This document shows, in pieces, positions 18,286 to 26,768 of a DNA stretch of 64,000 nucleotides. Both the position numbers and the translations under genes were made by a program. Origin of the DNA: a virus; the IMG/VR virus record IMGVR_UViG_3300048590_000661, positions 1-64,000 of that record; one strand, given 5' to 3'. The notes under the pieces are model-generated. The model was not told where the DNA came from and ran no database searches. It was given only the letters and a program-made list of their open reading frames with translations. Each line of letters begins with the position of its first letter. The first letter of the stretch is position 1.

Positions 18286-18288
18286 ATA

Positions 18289-19749
18289 ATGGCAAATCGA
18301 CTTTCTGCGCCTGCGCGAAATGATTTTAGTAGACTATTCATTTTCCGTGATGGTGTATTTAAAAACCTACCAGCAGAATATTTAAACTGTGTTGGTATGG
18401 ATGGCTTAAGCCAAGATCGTGGCGATGTAACACCTGTAGAATGCCCATCACCTTATGAATATGGGGCGTTCGTTGAAGTAGGCCAAATTCCTGGTGAATT
18501 AAGCCGTATGACAACTACTGTAACTGGGCAAATGTCCCAATATGAATTAGATATTTTCTACGATCTATTCATTCGTAATTGCCCATTTGATCTGCATTTG
18601 CATTTTGGCAATTGCACATCGCCAGATGCCTTCAATCAGTATGATAAGGCATTTGTGTTTGAAAGTGTACTAGCTAGTTCTTTCAGTACAGACCCACTAA
18701 TTGCTTTAGCTAGTGGTGATCGTGCCGTCATTACTAATAGTATGGATATTAGTATTGGCAAGTTCTATTCTGTATTTAATCCTAAATACACAGTAGCAGC
18801 CAGTACATTAACGGTTGATGAACCACTAGTAGCCGTTTCGGTTTGTGACCAACGCTCTTGCGGTGAATGTAACGACCCTTCAAATGGTTGTGAAAAAATT
18901 ATTGGCGTATCTGCTGATGGTTATGTATATTACAGCCGTGATGGTGGTTCTAACTGGGCTAAATTCTTAATTGATGATGGTGCTGGAACTCCTGCGTCAC
19001 CTGTCGCTGTAGTTGGTGCAAAATGCTATAATAGCTCTTATGTTGTAGTAGAAAGCAATGGCGATGTTTGGTTAGGTAGCTTAGCTAAAATCTTTAATGG
19101 CGAAGACCCAACTTTTAGTAAAATTGATAGTGGCGCAGTTGGTACTTTAGCTGGTATTGACGCAACACGCGATATGGCATTAATGGTTGGTAGTGGTGGT
19201 ACTATTATTGCTCTTACTGGAACACAAACCGTTACTGCTGTTGGCACTGGTGTTACTGCTGCTGCACTATCAAGTGTCCATATTGGTCCTGATGGTACAG
19301 CTTTAGCTGTAGGTGCAAATGGTGTTGTGCTATATTCTAGTGATGGTGAACTATGGTATGTTGCACAATCTGTTCCAGCTAATGTTACCCTAACTGCGGG
19401 TGTAGCAAAATCAGACCGTAACTGGATTGTTGGTACTACTGGCGGCGCACTTTATGCCACAGAAAATGCGGGACGTACTTGGTTCCAAATTTCTTATGAA
19501 CTAGGTGCTTCTGCTACTATTACTGATATTCAACTAGCAACCACGCATGTTCTTTATATGACTGCTGGTGAAGCTCTATATCGTAGTATTGATGGTGGTG
19601 CTACATGGGTTGCAGAACCTAATAGTGCACTATCTATCGCTGCTAACGGTGGACTAAACGCTGTAGCTACTTGTACTTTTAACCCTAATTTCGCTGTAGT
19701 TGGTGGTGAAAGTAGTGGTGCGGCAGGTATTCTAATCTTAGGTAGCTAA
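18289..19749 (+). CDS. putative major tail (tube) protein with C-terminal BNR/Asp-box beta-propeller
   Basis: Asp-box repeats SRDGGSNW, TENAGRTW, SIDGGATW; followed by a terminator; paralog of 21645..23162. Confidence 0.6.
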   Translation: MANRLSAPARNDFSRLFIFRDGVFKNLPAEYLNCVGMDGLSQDRGDVTPVECPSPYEYGAFVEVGQIPGELSRMTTTVTGQMSQYELDIFYDLFIRNCPFDLHLHFGNCTSPDAFNQYDKAFVFESVLASSFSTDPLIALASGDRAVITNSMDISIGKFYSVFNPKYTVAASTLTVDEPLVAVSVCDQRSCGECNDPSNGCEKIIGVSADGYVYYSRDGGSNWAKFLIDDGAGTPASPVAVVGAKCYNSSYVVVESNGDVWLGSLAKIFNGEDPTFSKIDSGAVGTLAGIDATRDMALMVGSGGTIIALTGTQTVTAVGTGVTAAALSSVHIGPDGTALAVGANGVVLYSSDGELWYVAQSVPANVTLTAGVAKSDRNWIVGTTGGALYATENAGRTWFQISYELGASATITDIQLATTHVLYMTAGEALYRSIDGGATWVAEPNSALSIAANGGLNAVATCTFNPNFAVVGGESSGAAGILILGS

Positions 19750-19765
19750 TTTAATATGAATAAGT

Positions 19766-19803
19766 AGGTATCTATTTATGCGTAATTGTATAAATAGATA
19801 CCT
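19766..19803 (+). terminator. hairpin terminator after the putative major tail gene
   Basis: AGGTATCTATTTAT / ATAAATAGATACCT inverted repeat. Confidence 0.7.
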
Positions 19804-19826
19804 CTTGCTATATGAGGGTAAATTAA

Positions 19827-21488
19827 TTGAGTAAATTACACCATAGTTTTACAGGTACATTATCTAATGCAATTGCTAATGACTTATGCGTAGAAAATAT
19901 GGAAATTGGTGGTATTTTAGTTAATGCCACTACTTTTTCTGTATACGTGCGAACAAAAAAGTCTACACCATCTGTCGTTGGTGACTGGTCGTTATTTACA
20001 GGTAGTTCTGGCGGCGTAATTTCCGATAAATTTGTTAATGGCTTATTATTTAGTCCTACCACAAATATTTTATCTGTTTTAAGAAGCGACGGAATTACAT
20101 TTACCACTGATTTATCATCTTTAAAGGTGCCAGTTGCATCAGTGATTACATTTAATAATGCAGGCACTAATTTTATATCTACTACAGTAGATGCAGCAAT
20201 TAAAGAACTTAATACTAGTAGACCGTGGGTAAAAGTTGGTACACTACAATCTAGTGCTACTACTAATAAACCTGTTTTAGTTGGGGATAATATTTATCAT
20301 TTAGGTAAAGTAGTTTTAGGAACTTTTATTTCTGATGCTGCTTCTGCACTATTAGTTAATGGGTCAGTAGTTACAGGCAAAGATAATAGTATTAATACTA
20401 ATGGGTCTGTTACATCTGCAATTATTGGTGGTTATGAAAATACTATTACATATACCAATGATCCTGGGTCTGGTGACGATTTAACATATGGTAGTCAAAT
20501 ATTAGGTGGTCGTGGGGTTGATATTGATGGGCATCGTATATTAGCTTTTGCTAATTCTAATATGGCTATTACTGGTAGTAAGCATTTTGCAATCCAAAAC
20601 GAAACTATGCCTATTACTGGACAAAATAACTTTGTGGCCTATGGTAGTGTTGGTAGAGTAGATGGTAATAATAATACAGTTTTTCGTGTAACTGGTGTAA
20701 ATATTTTAGGCAGCAATAATACTATATTTTATATGCCTAGCACTGTTGAATTTAGTAATTCTAATACAAATGTTATTCTTTATGCACAAAATGTTGAAAA
20801 GATTACTAATGCAAATAAAAATATTATTTTAAAGGCAGTTAACGGTTCGGTAAGAGCCAGTGATAACCTTGTATGGGGTGAAAATTTACATCTATTATCT
20901 GGACTTGATCGGTCTGATAATGTAGTATTAGGGCGCAATATTTATGTTGGTGGTAATAATAACTTTATTTGGTCTGCCACACAAAATGTTATTCCTGGGT
21001 ATATTGGAATAGATCCTGCTGTAGATAATAATGGTGTATTTGCTATTTATGATAGTTCTGCCTATGCAGATTTTAGCAGTGTTGCAAACAATCAATTCAT
21101 GGCTAGATTTGCTGGTGGATACAGATTAAGGACTAATGCTGCTGGCACAGTTGGAGTAGATTTAGCCGCTGGTGGAAGTAGTTGGGCATCAGTTTCATCT
21201 ATTTTAACTAAGGATGTAGTAGATGATACAATTAATGTTGATGAACTAGTATCTAGATTAAATACTGTTAGTTTTAAAATATATAAATTCAAAGATGATG
21301 CTAGCAATACTAATTTTCTATCTACCACTGCTGAAGAGTGGCATACTTTAATGAGTGGGTTCACTACGCCAGAATATGCCGTTAATAATAGTGGCAATAT
21401 TCCTGCAATTCGTACTAATGACCAAATATCATTAGCATTAATGCTAATTCAAGATATATATCGTAAACTAGAAGAAATGAGTAACTAA
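19827..21488 (+). CDS. tail fibre/spike with beta-roll repeats and C-terminal S74-like intramolecular chaperone
   Basis: GxNN repeats; GGSSWASVSSILTK...YKFK...LIQDIYRKLEE. Confidence 0.7.
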   Translation: MSKLHHSFTGTLSNAIANDLCVENMEIGGILVNATTFSVYVRTKKSTPSVVGDWSLFTGSSGGVISDKFVNGLLFSPTTNILSVLRSDGITFTTDLSSLKVPVASVITFNNAGTNFISTTVDAAIKELNTSRPWVKVGTLQSSATTNKPVLVGDNIYHLGKVVLGTFISDAASALLVNGSVVTGKDNSINTNGSVTSAIIGGYENTITYTNDPGSGDDLTYGSQILGGRGVDIDGHRILAFANSNMAITGSKHFAIQNETMPITGQNNFVAYGSVGRVDGNNNTVFRVTGVNILGSNNTIFYMPSTVEFSNSNTNVILYAQNVEKITNANKNIILKAVNGSVRASDNLVWGENLHLLSGLDRSDNVVLGRNIYVGGNNNFIWSATQNVIPGYIGIDPAVDNNGVFAIYDSSAYADFSSVANNQFMARFAGGYRLRTNAAGTVGVDLAAGGSSWASVSSILTKDVVDDTINVDELVSRLNTVSFKIYKFKDDASNTNFLSTTAEEWHTLMSGFTTPEYAVNNSGNIPAIRTNDQISLALMLIQDIYRKLEEMSN

Positions 21489-21658
21489 TGATTAATATAG
21501 ATGAACTAAAAAACAGGGTTACACAATTAACGCAACAACATCAACAACGTATTGAACAATTGCTAATGAATGACCCTGTTGTACAAAATATCAGTGGGCA
21601 ATTAACGATATTAACACAGATTATATCGCAGTTGGAGAAAGATAATGAAAAGAAATAA
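21488..21658 (+). CDS. small coiled-coil protein (56 aa)
   Basis: Manual translation MINIDELKNRVTQLTQQHQQRIEQLLMNDPVV...; TAATG-coupled; not in ORF track. Confidence 0.65.
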   Translation: MINIDELKNRVTQLTQQHQQRIEQLLMNDPVVQNISGQLTILTQIISQLEKDNEKK

Positions 21659-23162
21659 GTTAGCAAGAAATGATATTAGCCGTATTTTCGTTGCGGAAAA
21701 TGGCACTTCTCCAAATGACGAATATAGCTATCATAATTGTATGAAAATGGAAGGGTTAGATAAGTCACTACCAGATGTTACAGTAGCGCAATGTCCACAT
21801 CCTACACAAGCTAAAAAGTTTATTGAAGTGGCAGAAATTGAAAGTGGTGAAGAAAGCAGGTGGTCTACTTCATTAACTGGGCGAATGCCATTGCGTGAAT
21901 CAAGTGTTTTGTTTGATTTATTTAATGCTCGACAATCGTTTGATATGCAAGTTCATTTTGGCGAATGTTATGATGTGTCAGATTTTAATAGTTTTGATTT
22001 AGCAATGATCTTAGAAAACGTTCGGATTAATAATTATAGCACAGACCCACTAGGTTCGTTAGAATCTAGCGAAGTAGCGCTTATTAATGAAACGGTTTCT
22101 GTTAGTATTGGTAATGTTAGTTACGCTTATAAGCCAATTATTAATGAAGTTGGTGAAGAAGTGACTGTTAATGGTGCTATTACTGATTTGGCATTTACGC
22201 AAGGTGATACATGCACTAATGATTATGCTAATTTACTATTTGGCTTAAAAATCCCTTCAGATGGTGTTGGGAATGATGTATATATTGTTTGGTCTGATGA
22301 TAAAGGGGTTACATGGAATGAGGTACTTTTAGATTGTGCAGCTACACTTTCTGGTAGTATTCTTAGATCATATAATATTCAAGCAGATGAAAAAAATGTA
22401 TACGTGACACTTAACGAAGCATCAGGTAATGGTCATATTTATATCGTTAGGATTATTGATATTCTTAATGGTATTGACGGTAGCCCAATTATTTCTGTTT
22501 TAGATAATGTGAATAGTATCTATAACAGTCGAGTATTTGGGAAAACCATTATTACAGTAGGCAACGCTGGCACAATTAACCTTATCAATGCAAACTCATT
22601 AACATATACAACCTTACCATCTGGAACTGTACAAAATTTATATGCCATTGATGGAATATCAGAAGATGAATTTATTATTGGTGGCGCTAGCAATACATTG
22701 CGCTATTATAACTCTTCATCTGGATTTAGAACTATTACTACTAGTGGTGGCGGAACTAGCGCTATTGAAGCAGTAGCAATGCTAAATGAAGATATTTGGT
22801 TAGTTGGAAATTATGACGGATATTTATTAGCCACTACCAATGCTGGTAAAACTTGGAAAGTAAAAGAATTATTTGGTGCTTGTGTATCTTCTATTTCATT
22901 TGTAAACTCTATTGTCGGCTTTTTAGGGCTAAAAACTGGTGAAGTTTACCGCACAATTGATGGCGGAGCAACATGGATACAGATAGAAGACGAATTAGCA
23001 CAATTACCTTCTGGTGCCGAACTATTAGGGTTATACGCTAGTGATGTGAACACTTTCTATGCTTATGGTCGTGTTGCAGGTGGTGCAGTTCCAGACCCTT
23101 GTGACCCATTAAATACATTTATTGTTGGTGATGTCGGTTGGATTTTAAAAGGCGGCGTATAA
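21645..23162 (+). CDS. second tail-tube-like / BNR beta-propeller protein
   Basis: ARNDISRIFV...CMKMEGL...CPHP...FDMQVHFGEC...STDPL aligns with 18289; SDDKGVTW, TIDGGATW. Confidence 0.6.
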   Translation: MKRNKLARNDISRIFVAENGTSPNDEYSYHNCMKMEGLDKSLPDVTVAQCPHPTQAKKFIEVAEIESGEESRWSTSLTGRMPLRESSVLFDLFNARQSFDMQVHFGECYDVSDFNSFDLAMILENVRINNYSTDPLGSLESSEVALINETVSVSIGNVSYAYKPIINEVGEEVTVNGAITDLAFTQGDTCTNDYANLLFGLKIPSDGVGNDVYIVWSDDKGVTWNEVLLDCAATLSGSILRSYNIQADEKNVYVTLNEASGNGHIYIVRIIDILNGIDGSPIISVLDNVNSIYNSRVFGKTIITVGNAGTINLINANSLTYTTLPSGTVQNLYAIDGISEDEFIIGGASNTLRYYNSSSGFRTITTSGGGTSAIEAVAMLNEDIWLVGNYDGYLLATTNAGKTWKVKELFGACVSSISFVNSIVGFLGLKTGEVYRTIDGGATWIQIEDELAQLPSGAELLGLYASDVNTFYAYGRVAGGAVPDPCDPLNTFIVGDVGWILKGGV

Positions 23163-23163
23163 T

Positions 23164-23454
23164 ATGCAAGTTGTATACGATGTTTTACCAACTGGCAAAA
23201 AAATACCATATTTAGTAACTGATGATATAGATATTAATAGTGATGATTTTGACCCTACAATTGGTGTTCCTATTGTATTTACAGATATTAACTTAATTGC
23301 TTGGGATGCTTTATTAGTCAAATTACATAATATATATATGCAAGAAGAGTTTTATACAAAAAATGACCTAGATACACCCGAAAGAATTAAGAGGTTTATT
23401 GAGGTATCTAGGTCAATACTTTTATCTGAACTATTACAACATATGATGGAATAA
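23164..23454 (+). CDS. hypothetical structural-region protein
   Basis: Coupled ORF; weak similarity to 18040..18285. Confidence 0.6.
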   Translation: MQVVYDVLPTGKKIPYLVTDDIDINSDDFDPTIGVPIVFTDINLIAWDALLVKLHNIYMQEEFYTKNDLDTPERIKRFIEVSRSILLSELLQHMME

Positions 23455-23457
23455 TGC

Positions 23458-25017
23458 ATGTCTGATAAATATAGAGTTGCCGGAACAACAGAAATACCAG
23501 AAGTAGTAAATGATATATGTGTGTGCAATGCTCATATTGGCGCAATATTTGTTGGCACTACTAACCGAGTGTTCGTTAGAGTAGATGTAACTATTCCATG
23601 CGATGATTCTGATTGGGTAGAACTTGACCAAAGTGCGGGGTTTACATTTACCTTTATTGGTGATGCTGGTACAAATTTAGATGTAGATAATGCAGATCAA
23701 ATAACATTAGATGGTGTTAATGGGCTAACTGCTAGCATTAGTGGTACAACTATTTCGCTTAATGGGCATTTATATTCTAGTAATCTTGCTCCCAGTGGCA
23801 CACCTACAGACCCTACACAAGTATCTATTCATTTAAATACGGCTAATAATAGTGTTTACGTATGGAACCCTAATACATCTACATGGGTCATTATTAGTAA
23901 AGGTGAAACAGTTACTACCCTTATTAATAATGGTAACGGTACATATACATATACAAATGAGTTAGGCGTTCAAACTACATTTGCTTTTTCTCAAACAGTC
24001 ACTACACTAGTAAATAATAATAATGGTACAGTAACATACACTAATGAAGCTCTTAATACAGTTACACTTGACTTAGTAGCTATTATTAATACATATGGGA
24101 GCGTAGGTAAAACCTTATTATTTAATACAAATACATATAATTTATCGTTACTTAATGGTGCTGGGCAAATTATTAGCACTATTAATTTAACCCCTCAAAT
24201 ATCTGGTGATGTTGATAATATTTTAGAGTTGCGACCCAATGGGTTATATGCTAGCGAAACTATTACTTCATTAGTTGATAATTTAGATGGTACATTTACA
24301 TATACCGGAGAAGATGGTTCACAAACTACTATTAGTGGTGCTAGTGAAACAATAACAACATTAATAGACAACAATAACGGTACATTTACGTATACAAACG
24401 AGTTGGGTGTTGTTACTGTATTAGATGTATCTGGTGCAAACCTTAGTATTAGTAACAGTAGCGTATTTGGTGCTGAGTACTTAGTTAAAAATGCAGAAAT
24501 AACGGCTGGGGAATTACTAATTACTTCTGGTCCAGAACACTTAAGTAGTGGCACAACAGTTTCAAGCCCAATTGTTGAATTAACACCAGTACCATCAGAT
24601 ATTGATAACCAAGCAAGTATTACTATTGATGTGGTTAACCCTTCATTAACTAGAAATGCAAAGGCACAATTTGTATTCACAGGGTACCCTGTTACATTCG
24701 TTTCTTTTCAACCAACATTTTTAACATTAATACTTGAAGAAAATATTACGATCAATGGTGTTAAACCCAGTGATTTTGTGAACCATATTTCACAATTTAA
24801 ACTTGAAGGCAACCAACGGTTTACTGCTCGAACACAAGGATATTCTGGTATATTAGACTTATTACCTGGACAAACACTACAAATTGTAATAAGTTTACGA
24901 GCATACTTTTATGAATTTTCTGATGGAGAGGTAACGTTACCAAACAACTTAAATGATGGTACGTATGGTTTAAACTTCACTTATGGCAAAAATAGTTATC
25001 ACATAGTAGTTATATAG
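23458..25017 (+). CDS. fibre protein with TTLxxNxNGTxTYTNE repeats
   Basis: Four ETxTTLxNNxNGTxTYT repeats; shared N-terminal Cys module. Confidence 0.7.
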   Translation: MSDKYRVAGTTEIPEVVNDICVCNAHIGAIFVGTTNRVFVRVDVTIPCDDSDWVELDQSAGFTFTFIGDAGTNLDVDNADQITLDGVNGLTASISGTTISLNGHLYSSNLAPSGTPTDPTQVSIHLNTANNSVYVWNPNTSTWVIISKGETVTTLINNGNGTYTYTNELGVQTTFAFSQTVTTLVNNNNGTVTYTNEALNTVTLDLVAIINTYGSVGKTLLFNTNTYNLSLLNGAGQIISTINLTPQISGDVDNILELRPNGLYASETITSLVDNLDGTFTYTGEDGSQTTISGASETITTLIDNNNGTFTYTNELGVVTVLDVSGANLSISNSSVFGAEYLVKNAEITAGELLITSGPEHLSSGTTVSSPIVELTPVPSDIDNQASITIDVVNPSLTRNAKAQFVFTGYPVTFVSFQPTFLTLILEENITINGVKPSDFVNHISQFKLEGNQRFTARTQGYSGILDLLPGQTLQIVISLRAYFYEFSDGEVTLPNNLNDGTYGLNFTYGKNSYHIVVI

Positions 25018-25026
25018 GAAAAAATA

Positions 25027-25578
25027 ATGGCAAATATTAATATTTTAGATGCTCTTGGAGCAAGTAAATTTACAAAAAGTTCTGGTGCTGGTAGTAGCGG
25101 TGATCCGTTTATTCCAGAACATTTAGAAAGCAATAGCGCAGCAATGCTAACGGCTTTACAAACAATTGATAATATGATTGCGGGTAACGAGGCGCAGGTA
25201 GATGTTATTACACTACCTGCTTTACCTACGGGCACTAATACGATTGGCAATGTTGGTATAGCCCGTACAGCTAGCACATCATATGTTGGCACTGTAACTG
25301 CTAGTGGTGATACTACTATTATTGCTGCTCCTGGTGTTGGGTTGCGATACCGAGTTCTTAGTTGGTCGTTTTGGAATGAAACGGCTACCGCAACTAAAGC
25401 TACTCTAAAAACTGCCACTATTAACATTGATTCATATTACATGTTATCACAGTCTTTTGGCAAGAATGGACAGCTACAACTAAATGAAGATTTAGTATTA
25501 GGTACGAACCAAGCAATCTTAATGAACTTAAGTGTAGCTACTACTGTTGGTTATAGTATCCGTGTACAGGTGATATAA
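25027..25578 (+). CDS. virion protein (C-domain paralogous to 32923..33336)
   Basis: SGDTTIIAAPG...SWSFWN...LKTA. Confidence 0.65.
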   Translation: MANINILDALGASKFTKSSGAGSSGDPFIPEHLESNSAAMLTALQTIDNMIAGNEAQVDVITLPALPTGTNTIGNVGIARTASTSYVGTVTASGDTTIIAAPGVGLRYRVLSWSFWNETATATKATLKTATINIDSYYMLSQSFGKNGQLQLNEDLVLGTNQAILMNLSVATTVGYSIRVQVI

Positions 25579-26768
25579 TGGTATTAGGTAGTGATTTTTT
25601 AGTTTACCCTAGTGCATCTGTTAGTAGTGCTATAATGGGTGCTGCATCTGTTGTCCAATTAGCATCTGGTGCTTTTTCTATTACCGATGCTAATCTTGGT
25701 GCAACACCTAATGCGGCATTATTAATTGGTGGTAAAGCTGGTGATGTATCATCTTTGAATCTTGGTTTATTTGATGGTACTGGTGTATATTCTGTTTATG
25801 GCCGGACTAGAGATATTACTACACCATCTAATGCTAGGTCCGTTCTTAGCAGCACAAAAATATATAACGCCATAGGGAATACTACCAATACCATAGAATC
25901 ATCAATTAGCACTAGTGGATTTAGCGCAAATACATTGGGTCTGAGTTTTGACGGGGTTTCAGAAGCGGCTACTGGTTTGTTGGGTATTTTATTAAATTTA
26001 CCAAATGCTGTATTGACTATTCATGAATTTTCTGCTGGCACATCTGTATTAAATAAAACTGGGTTAGCATTCACACCCAACTTTTTTATTACATTTGCTC
26101 AGCCTAATACTGAGGTGGCGTCAGGTGTTGTATTGCAACAATACCAAAGTATTGGTTTCGCGACAAGTACTGTTAACCAATACAGTATGAATTATGCATC
26201 ATTCCATAACGCTGCTACGGCTGACGCTAGTGCAATACTTTCTACATCATACCTTGCCTACAATTTTTCAAATGCACAGTCTATTTCATTAACAACTATT
26301 GCTGCTGATGGGTATACACTAACAAGAAGTGCTACTAGCGGAATTAGCAGTGTTGGTGTATTAGCATGTTACTTACCAAATAATGTTGTTTTATCTGTAG
26401 AAGATAGCCCTATCACCACTGGCTTACACACAATTGCTTTAGGTGCAGATACAAAAGAACATATTGTTGTAATATCTACGGTCGAAGCGGTAGATTCTTT
26501 AGTAACTAATAGTACTGCTAATGGCATGGCTATTGGGTATTTTAATGATAATATTACAGCATCATATGGTATTGTTGTTAACGAAGGGTCTAACCCTGTT
26601 AATACCGAGGCGTATTACAATAATGATAAAATACTATTAGAGTCAACCGTAGGTACAACTGTTGCAGATTTTGCATTTAATGCATATACGGGAACCGGAC
26701 CGCAAATGAATTGGGTTACTGCTCCTGGCACTGCAAAAAAGATGATTGTATTGGGGATAGAAAACTAA
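25578..26768 (+). CDS. beta-rich virion/adhesion protein
   Basis: S/T/G/A-rich 396-aa ORF in the fibre cluster. Confidence 0.6.
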   Translation: MVLGSDFLVYPSASVSSAIMGAASVVQLASGAFSITDANLGATPNAALLIGGKAGDVSSLNLGLFDGTGVYSVYGRTRDITTPSNARSVLSSTKIYNAIGNTTNTIESSISTSGFSANTLGLSFDGVSEAATGLLGILLNLPNAVLTIHEFSAGTSVLNKTGLAFTPNFFITFAQPNTEVASGVVLQQYQSIGFATSTVNQYSMNYASFHNAATADASAILSTSYLAYNFSNAQSISLTTIAADGYTLTRSATSGISSVGVLACYLPNNVVLSVEDSPITTGLHTIALGADTKEHIVVISTVEAVDSLVTNSTANGMAIGYFNDNITASYGIVVNEGSNPVNTEAYYNNDKILLESTVGTTVADFAFNAYTGTGPQMNWVTAPGTAKKMIVLGIEN

